Assembly (NCBI GenBank): GCA_032718475.1
Contig: JAUCBJ010007311.1
Location: 1-64,000 of the forward strand
Reading direction: 5' to 3'
DNA: 64,000 nt
Origin: Nemertoderma westbladi
Lineage: Eukaryota > Animalia > Xenacoelomorpha
Part shown: piece after piece, positions 30,001-44,376 of the stretch
Layout of the letters: the number at the start of each line of letters is the position of its first letter
How positions within the stretch are numbered: position 1 is the first letter of the stretch
Notes under the pieces: generated by a model
What the model saw: the letters and a program-made list of their open reading frames with translations, nothing else
What the model was told of the DNA's origin: nothing
Databases searched by the model: none
Program-made: the position numbers and the translations under genes

Positions 30001-33000
30001 AAACAAACTGAGTGGGATGAGAAAATAGGTACGTCTAAGGGCGGGGAAACAAACTGAGTGGGATGAGAAAATAGGTACGTCTAAGGGCGGGGAAACAAAC
30101 TGAGTGGGATGAGAATATAGGTACGTCTAAGGGCGGGGAAACAAACTGAGTGGGATGAGGAAATAGGTACGTCTAAGGGCGGGGAAACAAACTGAGTGGG
30201 ATGAGGAAATAGTTACGTCTAAGGGCGGGGAAACAAACTGAGTGGGATGAGAATATAGGTACGTCTAAGGGCGGGGAAACAAACTGAGTGGGATGAGAAA
30301 ATAGTTACGTCTAAGGGCGGGGAAACAAACTGAGTGGGATGAGAAAATAGGTACGTCTAAGGGCGGGGAAACAAACTGAGTGGGATGAGAAAATAGTTAC
30401 GTCTAAGGGCGGGGAAACAAACTGAGTGGGATGAGAATATAGGTACGTCTAAGGGCGGGGAAACAAACTGAGTGGGATGAGAAAATAGTTACGTCTAAGG
30501 GCGGGGAAACAAACTGAGTGGGATGAGAAAATAGGTACGTCTAAGGGCGGGGAAACAAACTGAGTGGGATGAGAAAATAGTTACGTCTAAGGGCGAGGAA
30601 ACAAATTGAGTGGGATGAGAAAATAGTTACGTCTAAGGGCGGGGAAACAAATTGAGTGGGATGAGAAAATAGTTACGTCTAAGGGCGGGGAAACAAACTG
30701 AATGGGATGAGAAAATAGGTACGTCTAAGGGCGGGGAAACAAACTGAGTAGGATGAGGAAATAGTTACGTCTAAAGGCGGGGAAACAAACTGAGTGGGAT
30801 GAGAAAATAGGTACGTCTAAGGGCGGGGAAACAAACTGAGTGGGATGAGAAAATAGTTACGTCTAAGGGCGAGGAAACAAATTGAGTGGGATGAGAAAAT
30901 AGTTACGTCTAAGGGCGGGGAAACAAATTGAGTGGGATGAGAAAATAGTTACGTCTAAGGGCGGGGAAACAAACTGAATGGGATGAGAAAATAGGTACGT
31001 CTAAGGGCGGGGAAACAAACTGAGTAGGATGAGGAAATAGTTACGTCTAAAGGCGGGGAAACAAACTGAGTGGGTTGAGAAAATAGTTACGTCTAAGGGC
31101 GGGGAAACAAATTGAGTGGGATGAGAAAATAGTTACGTCTAAGGGCGGGGAAACAAACTGAGTAGGATGAGGAAATAGTTACGTCTAAAGGCGGGGAAAC
31201 AAACTGAGTGGGTTGAGAAAATAGTTACGTCTAAGGGCTGGGAAACAAACTGAGTGGGATGAGAAAATAGGTACGTCTAAGGGCGGGGAAACAAACTGAG
31301 TGGGATGAGAAAATAGGTACGTCTAAGGGCGAGGAAACAAATTGAGTGGGATGAGAAAATAGGTACGTCTAAGGGCGGGGAAACAAACTGAGTGGGATGA
31401 GGAAATAGGTACGTCTAAGGGCTGGGAAGCAAACTGCTTGGGATGAGAAAATAGGTACGTCTAAGGGCGGGGAAACAAACTGAGTGGGATGAGAAAATAG
31501 TTACGTCTAAGGGCGGGGAAACAAACTGAGTGGGATGAGAATATAGGTACGTCTAAGGGCGGGGAAACAAACTGAGTGGGATGAGAAAATAGGTACGTCT
31601 AAGGGCGGGGAAACAAACTGAGTGGGATGAGAAAATAGTTACGTCTAAGGGCGGGGAAACAAATTGAGTGGGATGAGAAAATAGGTACGTCTAAGGGCGG
31701 GGAAACAAACTGAGTGGGATGAGAAAATAGGTACGTCTAAGGGCGGGGAAACAAACTGAGTGGGATGAGAAAATAGTTACGTCTAAGGGCGGGGAAACAA
31801 ACTGAGTGGGATGAGAATATAGGTACGTCTAAGGGCGGGGAAACAAACTGAGTGGGATGAGAAAATAGTTACGTCTAAGGGCGGGGAAACAAACTGAGTG
31901 GGATGAGAAAATAGGTACGTCTAAGGGCGGGGAAACAAACTGAGTGGGATGAGAAAATAGTTACGTCTAAGGGCGAGGAAACAAATTGAGTGGGATGAGA
32001 AAATAGTTACGTCTAAGGGCGGGGAAACAAATTGAGTGGGATGAGAAAATAGTTACGTCTAAGGGCGGGGAAACAAACTGAATGGGATGAGAAAATAGGT
32101 ACGTCTAAGGGCGGGGAATCAAACTGAGTAGGATGAGGAAATAGTTACGTCTAAAGGCGGGGAAACAAACTGAGTGGGATGAGGAAATAGTTACGTCTAA
32201 AGGCGGGGAAACAAACTGAGTGGGATGAGGAAATAGTTACGTCTAAGGGCTGGGAAACAAACTGAGTGGGATGAGAAAATAGGTACGTCTAAGGGCGGGG
32301 AAACAAACTGAGTGGGATGAGAAAATAGGTACGTCTAAGGGCGGGGAAACAAACTGAGTGGGATGAGAAAATAGGTACGTCTAAGGGCGGGGAAACAAAC
32401 TGAATGGGATGAGAAAATAGTTACGTCTAAGGGCGGGGAAACAAACTGAATGGGATGAGAAAATAGTTACGTCTAAGGGCGGGGAAACAAACTGAGTGGG
32501 ATGAGAAAATAGGTACGTCTAAGGGCGGGGAAACAAACTGAGTGGGATGAGAAAATAGGTACGTCTAAGGGATGCTGGGAAACAAACTGAGTGGGATGAG
32601 AAAATAGGTACGTCTAAGGGATGCTGGGAAACAAACTGAGTGGGATGAGAAAATAGGTACGTCTAAGGGATGCTGGGAAACAAACTGAGTGGGATGAGAA
32701 AATAGGTACGTCTAAGGGCGGGGAAACAAACTGAATGGGATGAGAAAATAGGTACGTCTAAGGGCGGGGAAACAAACTGAATGGATGAGAAAATAGGTAC
32801 GTCTAAGGGCGGGGAAACAAACTGAATGGGATGAGAAAATAGTTACGTCTAAGGGCGGGGAAACAAACTGAATGGGATGAGAAAATAGTTACGTCTAAGG
32901 GCGGGGAAACAAACTGAGTGGGATGAGAAAATAGGTACGTCTAAGGGCGGGGAAACAAACTGAGTGGGATGAGAAAATAGTTACGTCTAAGGGCTGGGAA

Positions 33001-36000
33001 ACAAATTGAATGGGATAAGAAAATAGGTACGTCTAAGGGCGGGGAAACAAACTGAGTGGGATGAGAATATAGGTACGTCTAAGGGCGGGGAAAAAAAACT
33101 GAGTGGGATGAGAAAATAGGTACGTCTAAGGGCTGGGAAACAAACTGAGTGGGATGAGAAAATAGGTACGTCTAAGGGCGGGGAAACAAACTGAGTGGGA
33201 TGAGAAAATAGGTACGTCTAAGGGCGGGGAAACAAACTGAGTGGGATGAGAATATAGGTACGTCTAAGGGCGGGGAAAAAAAACTGAGTGGGATGAGAAA
33301 ATAGGTACGTCTAAGGGCTGGGAAACAAACTGAGTGGGATGAGAATATAGGTACGTCTAAAGGCGGGGAAACAAACTGAGTGGGATGAGAAAATAGGTAC
33401 GTCTAAGGGATGCTGGGAAACAAACTGAGTGGGATGAGAAAATAGTTACGTCTAAGGGCGTTGAAACAAACTGAGTGGGATGAGGAAATAGGTACGTCTA
33501 AGGGCGGGGAAACAAATTGAGTGGGATGAGAAAATAGGTACGTCTAAGGGCGGGGAAACAAACTGAGTGGGATGAGAAAATAGGTACGTCTAAGGGCGAG
33601 GAAACAAATTGAGTGGGATGAGAAAATAGTTACGTCTAAGGGCGGGAAAACAAACTGAGTGGGATGAGAAAATAGGTACGTCTAAGGGCGGGGAAACAAA
33701 TTGAGTGGGATGAGAAAATAGTTACGTCTAAGGGCGGGGAAACAAACTGAGTGGGATGAGAAAATAGGTACGTCTAAGGGCGGGGAAACAAACTGAGTAG
33801 GATGAGGAAATAGTTACGTCTAAAGGCGGGGAAACAAACTGAGTGGGATGAGAAAATAGGTACGTCTAAGGGCGGGGAAACAAACTGAGTGGGATGAGAA
33901 AATAGTTACGTCTAAGGGCGAGGAAACAAATTGAGTGGGATGAGAAAATAGTTACGTCTAAGGGCGGGGAAACAAATTGAGTGGGATGAGAAAATAGTTA
34001 CGTCTAAGGGCGGGGAAACAAACTGAATGGGATGAGAAAATAGGTACGTCTAAGGGCGGGGAAACAAACTGAGTAGGATGAGGAAATAGTTACGTCTAAA
34101 GGCGGGGAAACAAACTGAGTGGGTTGAGAAAATAGTTACGTCTAAGGGCGGGGAAACAAATTGAGTGGGATGAGAAAATAGTTACGTCTAAGGGCGGGGA
34201 AACAAACTGAGTAGGATGAGGAAATAGTTACGTCTAAAGGCGGGGAAACAAACTGAGTGGGTTGAGAAAATAGTTACGTCTAAGGGCTGGGAAACAAACT
34301 GAGTGGGATGAGAAAATAGGTACGTCTAAGGGCGGGGAAACAAACTGAGTGGGATGAGAAAATAGGTACGTCTAAGGGCGAGGAAACAAATTGAGTGGGA
34401 TGAGAAAATAGGTACGTCTAAGGGCGGGGAAACAAACTGAGTGGGATGAGGAAATAGGTACGTCTAAGGGCTGGGAAGCAAACTGCTTGGGATGAGAAAA
34501 TAGGTACGTCTAAGGGCGGGGAAACAAACTGAGTGGGATGAGAAAATAGTTACGTCTAAGGGCGGGGAAACAAACTGAGTGGGATGAGAATATAGGTACG
34601 TCTAAGGGCGGGGAAACAAACTGAGTGGGATGAGAAAATAGGTACGTCTAAGGGCGGGGAAACAAACTGAGTGGGATGAGAAAATAGTTACGTCTAAGGG
34701 CGGGGAAACAAATTGAGTGGGATGAGAAAATAGGTACGTCTAAGGGCGGGGAAACAAACTGAGTGGGATGAGAAAATAGGTACGTCTAAGGGCGGGGAAA
34801 CAAACTGAGTGGGATGAGAAAATAGTTACGTCTAAGGGCGGGGAAACAAACTGAGTGGGATGAGAATATAGGTACGTCTAAGGGCGGGGAAACAAACTGA
34901 GTGGGATGAGAAAATAGTTACGTCTAAGGGCGGGGAAACAAACTGAGTGGGATGAGAAAATAGGTACGTCTAAGGGCGGGGAAACAAACTGAGTGGGATG
35001 AGAAAATAGTTACGTCTAAGGGCGAGGAAACAAATTGAGTGGGATGAGAAAATAGTTACGTCTAAGGGCGGGGAAACAAATTGAGTGGGATGAGAAAATA
35101 GTTACGTCTAAGGGCGGGGAAACAAACTGAATGGGATGAGAAAATAGGTACGTCTAAGGGCGGGGAATCAAACTGAGTAGGATGAGGAAATAGTTACGTC
35201 TAAAGGCGGGGAAACAAACTGAGTGGGATGAGGAAATAGTTACGTCTAAAGGCGGGGAAACAAACTGAGTGGGATGAGGAAATAGTTACGTCTAAGGGCT
35301 GGGAAACAAACTGAGTGGGATGAGAAAATAGGTACGTCTAAGGGCGGGGAAACAAACTGAGTGGGATGAGAAAATAGGTACGTCTAAGGGCGGGGAAACA
35401 AACTGAGTGGGATGAGAAAATAGGTACGTCTAAGGGCGGGGAAACAAACTGAATGGGATGAGAAAATAGTTACGTCTAAGGGCGGGGAAACAAACTGAAT
35501 GGGATGAGAAAATAGTTACGTCTAAGGGCGGGGAAACAAACTGAGTGGGATGAGAAAATAGGTACGTCTAAGGGCGGGGAAACAAACTGAGTGGGATGAG
35601 AAAATAGGTACGTCTAAGGGATGCTGGGAAACAAACTGAGTGGGATGAGAAAATAGGTACGTCTAAGGGATGCTGGGAAACAAACTGAGTGGGATGAGAA
35701 AATAGGTACGTCTAAGGGATGCTGGGAAACAAACTGAGTGGGATGAGAAAATAGGTACGTCTAAGGGCGGGGAAACAAACTGAATGGGATGAGAAAATAG
35801 GTACGTCTAAGGGCGGGGAAACAAACTGAATGGATGAGAAAATAGGTACGTCTAAGGGCGGGGAAACAAACTGAATGGGATGAGAAAATAGTTACGTCTA
35901 AGGGCGGGGAAACAAACTGAATGGGATGAGAAAATAGTTACGTCTAAGGGCGGGGAAACAAACTGAGTGGGATGAGAAAATAGGTACGTCTAAGGGCGGG

Positions 36001-39000
36001 GAAACAAACTGAGTGGGATGAGAAAATAGTTACGTCTAAGGGCTGGGAAACAAATTGAATGGGATAAGAAAATAGGTACGTCTAAGGGCGGGGAAACAAA
36101 CTGAGTGGGATGAGAATATAGGTACGTCTAAGGGCGGGGAAAAAAAACTGAGTGGGATGAGAAAATAGGTACGTCTAAGGGCTGGGAAACAAACTGAGTG
36201 GGATGAGAAAATAGGTACGTCTAAGGGCGGGGAAACAAACTGAGTGGGATGAGAAAATAGGTACGTCTAAGGGCGGGGAAACAAACTGAGTGGGATGAGA
36301 ATATAGGTACGTCTAAGGGCGGGGAAAAAAAACTGAGTGGGATGAGAAAATAGGTACGTCTAAGGGCTGGGAAACAAACTGAGTGGGATGAGAATATAGG
36401 TACGTCTAAAGGCGGGGAAACAAACTGAGTGGGATGAGAAAATAGGTACGTCTAAGGGATGCTGGGAAACAAACTGAGTGGGATGAGAAAATAGTTACGT
36501 CTAAGGGCGTTGAAACAAACTGAGTGGGATGAGGAAATAGGTACGTCTAAGGGCGGGGAAACAAATTGAGTGGGATGAGAAAATAGGTACGTCTAAGGGC
36601 GGGGAAACAAACTGAGTGGGATGAGAAAATAGGTACGTCTAAGGGCGAGGAAACAAATTGAGTGGGATGAGAAAATAGTTACGTCTAAGGGCGGGAAAAC
36701 AAACTGAGTGGGATGAGAAAATAGGTACGTCTAAGGGCGGGAAAACAAACTGAGTGGGATGAGAAAATAGTTACGTCTAAGGGCGGGAAAACGAACTGAG
36801 TGGGATGAGAAAATAGGTACGTCTAAGGGCGGGAAAACAAACTGAGTGGGATGAGAAAATAGGTACGTCTAAGGGATGTTGGGAAACAAACTGAGTGGGA
36901 TGAGAAAATAGGTACGTCTAAGGGATGCTGGGAAACAAACTGAGTGGGATGAGAAAATAGGTACGTCTAAGGGCGGGGAAACAAACTGAATGGGATGAGA
37001 AAATAGGTACGTCTAAGGGCGGGGAAACAAACTGAATGGATGAGAAAATAGGTACGTCTAAGGGCGGGGAAACAAACTGAATGGGATGAGAAAATAGTTA
37101 CGTCTAAGGGCGGGGAAACAAACTGAATGGGATGAGAAAATAGTTACGTCTAAGGGCGGGGAAACAAACTGAGTGGGATGAGAAAATAGGTACGTCTAAG
37201 GGCGGGGAAACAAACTGAGTGGGATGAGAAAATAGTTACGTCTAAGGGCTGGGAAACAAATTGAATGGGATGAGAAAATAGGTACGTCTAAGGGCGGGGA
37301 AACAAACTGAGTGGGATGAGAATATAGGTACGTCTAAGGGCGGGGAAAAAAACTGAGTGGGATGAGAAAATAGGTACGTCTAAGGGCTGGGAAACAAACT
37401 GAGTGGGATGAGAAAATAGGTACGTCTAAGGGCGGGGAAACAAACTGAGTGGGATGAGAAAATAGGTACGTCTAAGGGCGGGGAAACAAACTGAGTGGGA
37501 TGAGAATATAGGTACGTCTAAGGGCGGGGAAAAAAAACTGAGTGGGATGAGAAAATAGGTACGTCTAAGGGCTGGGAAACAAACTGAGTGGGATGAGAAT
37601 ATAGGTACGTCTAAAGGCGGGGAAACAAACTGAGTGGGATGAGAAAATAGGTACGTCTAAGGGATGCTGGGAAACAAACTGAGTGGGATGAGAAAATAGT
37701 TACGTCTAAGGGCGGGGAAACAAACTGAGTGGGATGAGGAAATAGGTACGTCTAAGGGCGGGGAAACAAATTGAGTGGGATGAGAAAATAGTTACGTCTA
37801 CGGGCGGGGAAACAAACTGAGTGGGATGAGAAAATAGTTACGTCTAAGGGCGGGAAAACAAACTGAGTGGGATGAGAAAATAGGTACGTCTAAGGGCGGG
37901 AAAACAAACTGTGTGGGATGAGAAAATAGTTACGTCTAAGGGCGGGAAAAAAAACTGAGTGGGATGAGGAAATAGGTACGTCTAAGGGCGGGGAAACAAA
38001 CTGAGTGGGATGAGAAAATAGTAACGTCTAAGGGCTGGTAAACAAACTGAGTGGGATGAGAAAATAGGTACGTCTAAGGGCGGGAAAACAAACTGAGTGG
38101 GATGAGAAAATAGTTACGTCTAAGGGCGGGAAAACAAACTGAGTGGGATGAGGAAATAGGTACGTCTAAGTGCGGGGAAACAAATTGAGTGGGATGAGAA
38201 AATAGTTACGTCTAAGGGCGAGGAAACAAATTGAGTGGGATGAGAAAATAGTTACGTCTACGGGCGAGGAAACAAACTGAGTGGGATGAGAAAATAGTTA
38301 CGTCTAAGGGCGGGAAAACAAACTGAGTGGGATGAGAAAATAGTTACGTCTAAGGGCGGGAAAACAAACTGAGTGGGATGAGAAAATAGTTACGTCTAAG
38401 GGCGGGGAAACAAATTGAGTGGGATGAGAAAATAGTTACGTCTAAGGGCGGGGAAACAAACTGAGTGGGATGAGAAAATAGGTACGTCTAAGGGCGGGAA
38501 AACAAACTGAGTGGGATGAGGAAATAGTTACGTCTAAGGGCGGGAAAACAAACTGAGTGGGATGAGAAAATAGTTACGTCTAAGGGCGAGGAAACAAACT
38601 GAGTGGGATGAGAAAATAGTTACGTCTAAGGGCGGGAAAACAAACTGAGTGGGATGAGAAAATAGGTACGTCTAAGGGCGAGGAAACAAATTGAGTGGGA
38701 TGAGAAAATAGTTACGTCTAAGGGCGGGGAAACAAATTGAGTGGGATGAGAAAATAGTTACGTCTAAGGGCGGGGAAACAAACTGAGTGGGATGAGAAAA
38801 TAGGTACGTCTAAGGGCGGGAAAACAAACTGAGTGGGATGAGGAAATAGTTACGTCTAAGGGCGGGAAAACAAACTGAGTGGGATGAGAAAATAGTTACG
38901 TCTAAGGGCGAGGAAACAAATTGAGTGGGATGAGAAAATAGTTACATCTACGGGCGGGGAAACAAACTGAGTGGGATGAGAAAATAGTTACGTCTACGGG

Positions 39001-42000
39001 CGGGGAAACAAACTGAGTGGGATGAGAAAATAGTTACGTCTAAGGGCGAGGAAACAAATTGAGTGGGATGAGAAAATAGTTACGTCTACGGGCGGGGAAA
39101 CAAACTGAGTGGGATGAGAAAATAGTTACGTCTAAGGGCGGGGAAACAAACTGAGTGGGATGAGAAAATAGTTACGTCTAAGGGCGAGGAAACAAACTGA
39201 GTGGGATGAGAAAATAGTTACGTCTAAGGGCGGGGAAACAAATTGAGTGGGATGAGAAAATAGTTACGTCTACGGGCGGGGAAACAAACTGAGTGGGATG
39301 AGAAAATAGTTACGTCTAAGGGCGAGGAAACAAATTGAGTGGGATGAGAAAATAGTTACGTCTAAGGGCGGGAAAACAAACTGAGTGGGATGAGAAAATA
39401 GTTACGTCTAAGGGCGGGGAAACAAACTGAGTGGGATGAGACAATAGTTACGTCTAAGGGCGAGGAAACAAATTGAGTGGGATGAGAAAATAGTTACGTC
39501 TAAGGCCGGGGAAACAAACTGAGTGGGATGAGGAAATAGTTACGTCTAAGGGCGGGGAAACAAATTGAGTGGGATGAGAAAATAGTTGCGTCTACGGGCG
39601 GGGAAACAAACTGAGTGGGATGAGAAAATAGTTACGTCTAAGGGCGAGGAAACAAATTGAGTGGGATGAGAAAATAGTTACGTCTAAGGGCGGGAAAACA
39701 AACTGAGTGGGATGAGAAAATAGTTACGTCTAAGGGCGGGGAAACAAACTGAGTGGGATGAGAAAATAGTTACGTCTAAGGGCGAGGAAACAAATTGAGT
39801 GGGATGATAGTTACGTCTACGGGCGGGGAAACAAACTGAGTGGGATGAGAAAATAGTTACATCTAAGGGCGGGGAAACAAATTGAGTGGGATGAGAAAAT
39901 AGTTACGTCTAAGGGCGGGAAAACAAACTGAGTGGGATGAGAAATTAGTTACGTCTAAGGGCGGGGAAACAAATTGAGTGGGATGAGGAAATAGTTACGT
40001 CTAAGGGCGGAGAAACAAACTGAGTGGGATGAGAAAATAGTTACGTCTAAGGGCTGGGAAACAAACTGAGTGGGATGAGAAAATAGGTACGTCTAAAGGC
40101 GGGGAAACAAACTGAGTGGGATGAGAAAATAGTTACGTCTAAGGGCGAGGAAACAAATTGAGTGGGTTGAGAAAATAGTTACGTCTAAGGGCGAGGAAAC
40201 AAATTGAGTGGGATGAGAAAATAGTTACGTCTACGGGCGGGGAAACAAACTGAGTGGGATGAGAAAATAGTTACGTCTAAGGGCGGGGAAACAAACTGAG
40301 TGGGATGAGAAAATAGTTACGTCTAAGGGCGAGGAAACAAATTGAGTGGGATGAGAAAATAGTTACGTCTAAGGGCGGGAAAACTAACTGGGTGGGATGA
40401 GAAAATAGTTACGTCTAAGGGCGGGGAAACAATCTGAGTGGGATGAGAAAATAGTTACGTCTAAGGGCGAGGAAACAAATTGAGTGGGATGAGAAAATAG
40501 TTACGTCTACGGGCGGGGAAACAAACTGAGTGGGATGAGAAAATAGTTACGTCTAAGGGCGGGGAAACAAATTGAGTGGGATGAGAAAATAGTTACGTCT
40601 AAGGGCGGGAAAACAAACTGAGTGGGATGAGAAAATAGTTACGTCTAAGGGCGGGGAAACAAATTGAGTGGGATGAGGAAATAGTTACGTCTAAGGGCGG
40701 GGAAACAAACTGAGTGGGATGAGAAAATAGTTACGTCTAAGGGCGGGAAAACAAACTGAGTGGGATGAGAAAATAGGTACGTCTAAGGGCGAGGAAACAA
40801 ACTGAGTGGGATGAGAAAATAGTTACGTCTAAGGGCGGGAAAACAAACTGAGTGGGATGAGAAAATAGGTACGTCTAAGGGCGGGAAAACAAACTGAGTG
40901 GGATGAGAAAATAGGTACGTCTAAGGGCTGGGAAACAAACTGAGTGGGATGAGAAAATAGTTACGTCTAAGGGCGAGGAAACAAATTGAGTGGGATGAGA
41001 AAATAGTTACGTCTAAGGGCGAGGAAACAAATTGAGTGGGATGAGAAAATAGTTACGTTTACGGGCGGGGAAACAAACTGAGTGGGATGAGAAAATAGTT
41101 ACGTCTAAGGGCGAGGAAACAAACTGAGTGGGATGAGAAAATAGTTACGTCTAAGGGCGAGGAAACAAATTGAGTGGGATGAGAAAATAGTTACGTCTAC
41201 GGGCGGGGAAACAAACTGAGTGGGATGAGAAAATAGTTACGTCTAAGGGCGGGGAAACAAATTGAGTGGGATGAGAAAATAGTTACGTCTAAGGGCGGGA
41301 AAACAAACTGAGTGGGATGTGAAAATAGTTACGTCTAAGGGCCGGGAAACAAATTGAGTGGGATGAGGAAATAGTTACGTCTAAGGGCGGGGAAACAAAC
41401 TGAGTGGGATGAGAAAATAGTTACGTCTAAGGGCTGGGAAACAAACTGAGTGGGATGAGAAAATAGGTACGTCTAAAGGCGGGGAAACAAACTGAGTGGG
41501 ATGAGAAAATAGTTACGTCTAAGGGCGAGGAAACAAATTGAGTGGGTTGAGAAAATAGTTACGTCTAAGGGCGAGGAAACAAATTGAGTGGGATGAGAAA
41601 ATAGTTACGTCTACGGGCGGCGAAACAAACTGAGTGGGATGAGAAAATAGTTACGTCTAAGGGCGGGGAAACAAACTGAGTGGGATGAGAAAATAGTTAC
41701 GTCTAAGGGCGAGGAAACAAATTGAGTGGGATGAGAAAATAGTTACGTCTAAGGGCGGGAAAACAAACTGGGTGGGATGAGAAAATAGTTACGTCTAAGG
41801 GCGGGGAAACAATCTGAGTGGGATGAGAAAATAGTTACGTCTAAGGGCGAGGAAACAAATTGAGTGGGATGAGAAAATAGTTACGTCTACGGGCGGGGAA
41901 ACAAACTGAGTGGGATGAGAAAATAGTTACGTCTAAGGGCGGGGAAACAAATTGAGTGGGATGAGAAAATAGTTACGTCTAAGGGCGGGAAAACAAACTG

Positions 42001-44110
42001 AGTGGGATGAGAAAATAGTTACGTCTAAGGGCGGGGAAACAAATTGAGTGGGATGAGGAAATAGTTACGTCTAAGGGCGGGGAAACAAACTGAGTGGGAT
42101 GAGAAAATAGTTACGTCTAAGGGCGAGGAAACAAACTGAGTGGGATGAGAAAATAGTTACGTCTAAGGGCGGGGAAACAAATTGAGTGGGAGGAGAAAAT
42201 AGTTACGTCTAAGGGCGGGAAAACAAACTGAGTGGGATGAGAAAATAGTTACGTCTAAGGGCGAGGAAACAAACTGAGTGGGATGAGGAAATAGTTACGT
42301 CTAAGGGCGGGGAAACAAACTGAGTGGGATGAGAAAATAGTTACGTCTAAGGGCGAGGAAACAAATTGAGTGGGATGAGAAAATAGTTACGTCTCCCGGC
42401 GGGGAAACAAACTGAGTGGGATGAGAAAATAGTTACGTCTAAGGGCGGGGAAACAAACTGAGTGGGATGAGAAAATAGTTACGTCTAAGGGCTGGGAAAC
42501 AAATTGAGTGGGATGAGAAAATAGTTACGTCTAAGGGCTGGGAAACAAACTGAGTGGGATGAGAAAATAGGTACCTCTAAGGGCGGGGAAACAAACTGAG
42601 TGGGATGAGAAAATAGGTACGTCTAAGGGCTGGGAAACAAACTGAGTGGGATGAGAAAATAGTTACGTCTAAAGGCGGGGAAACAAACTGAGTGGGATGA
42701 GAAAATAGTTACGTCTAAGGGCTGGGAAACAAACTGAGTGGGATGAGAAAATAGGTACGTCTAAGGGCGGGGAAACAAACTGAGTGGGATGAGAAAATAG
42801 TTACGTCTAAAGGCGGGGAAACAAACTGAGTGGGATGAGAAAATAGGTACGTCTAAGGGCGGGGAAACAAACTGAGTGGGATGAGAAAATAGTTACGTCT
42901 AAAGGCGGGGAAACAAACTGAGTGGGATGAGAAAATAGTTACGTCTAAAGGCGGGGAAACAAACTGAGTGGGATGAGAAAATAGGTACGTCTAAGGGCTG
43001 GGAAACAAACTGAGTGGGATGAGAAAATAGGTACGTCTAAGGGCGAGGAAACAAATTGAGTGGGATAGGAAATAGTTACGTCTAAGGGCTGGGAAACAAA
43101 CTGAGTGGGATGAGAAAATAGGTACGTCTAAGGGCGGGGAAACAAACTGAGTGGGATGAGAAAATAGGTACGTCTAAGGGCTGGGAAACAAACTGAATGG
43201 GATGAGAATATAGGTACGTCTAAGGGCTGGGAAACAAACTGAGTGGGATGAGAAAATAGGTACGTCTAAAGGCGGGGAAACAAACTGAGTGGGATGAGAA
43301 AATAGTTACGTCTAAAGGCGGGGAAACAAACTGAGTGGGATGAGAAAATAGTTACGTCTAAGGGCTGGGAAACAAATTGAGTGGGATGAGAAAATAGTTA
43401 CGTCTAAGGGCTGGGAAACAAACTGAGTGGGATGAGAAAATAGGTACGTCTAAGGGCGGGGAAACAAACTGAGTGGGATGAGAAAATAGTTACGTCTAAG
43501 GGCGGGGAAACAAATTGAGTGGATGAGAAAATAGGTACGTCTAAGGGCTGGGAAACAAACTGAGTGGGATGAGAAAATAGGTACGTCTAAGGGCGGGGAA
43601 ACAAACTGAGTGGGATGAGAAAATAGGTACGTCTAAGGGCGGGGAAACAAACTGAGTGGGATGAGAAAATAGGTACGTCTAAGGGCGGGAAACAAACTGA
43701 GTGGGATGAGAAAATAGGTACGTCTAAGGGCGGGGAAACAAACTGAGTGGGATGAGAAAATAGGTACGTCTAAGGGCTGGGAAACAAACTGAATGGGATG
43801 AGAAAATAGGTACGTCTAAGGGCTGGGAAACAAACTGAATGGGATGAGAAAATAGTTACGTCTAAGGGCGGGGAAACAAACTGAGTGGGATGAGAAAATA
43901 GTTACGTCTAAGGGCTGGGAAACAAACTGAATGGGATGAGAAAATAGGTACGTCTAAGGGCTGGGAAACAAACTGAGTGGGATGAGAAAATAGGTACGTC
44001 TAAGGGCGGGGAAACAAACTGAGTGGGATGAGAAAATAGGTACGTCTAAGGGCTGGGAAACAAACTGAATGGGATGAGAAAATAGTTACGTCTAAGGGCT
44101 GAAGGGCTGG
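1..44110. repeat. 46-bp satellite DNA array (~955 monomers; continues beyond the window start)
   Basis: Head-to-tail monomer CGGGGAAACAAACTGAGTGGGATGAGAAAATAG(G/T)TACGTCTAAGGG with recurring point variants and occasional 49-bp (GGGATGCTGGG) or deleted monomers. Ends at ...AAGGGCTGAAGGGCTGGGAAAACTGG. The ORF track reports no ORFs here. Confidence 0.99.
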
Positions 44111-44220
44111 GAAAACTGGACAATTTGGTAGGTAATCGTGTTGGTTATAAATTGAGAATAAAATTGATATGTAAATGGCTGAGTCACATTAAAGGCAACA
44201 TTTATTAATAAATACCCTTA

Positions 44221-44376
44221 TAATCACCAATAATATTACATAACGTACAGAATAAATACTAAATAATCACCAATAATATTACATAACGTACAGAATAAAT
44301 ACTAAATAATCACCAATAATATTACATAACGTACATAATAAATAATAAATAATCACCAATAATATTACATAACGTG
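44221..44376. repeat. 43-bp AT-rich tandem repeat, ~3.6 copies
   Basis: TAATCACCAATAATATTACATAACGTACAGAATAAATACTAAA units start at 44221, 44264, 44307 and 44350. Confidence 0.92.

Noticed and set aside
1-44110. 46-bp array as a CRISPR array or telomeric repeat
   Set aside because: There are no unique spacers and no cas genes, the context is intron-containing eukaryotic DNA, and the monomer is not a short telomeric unit.
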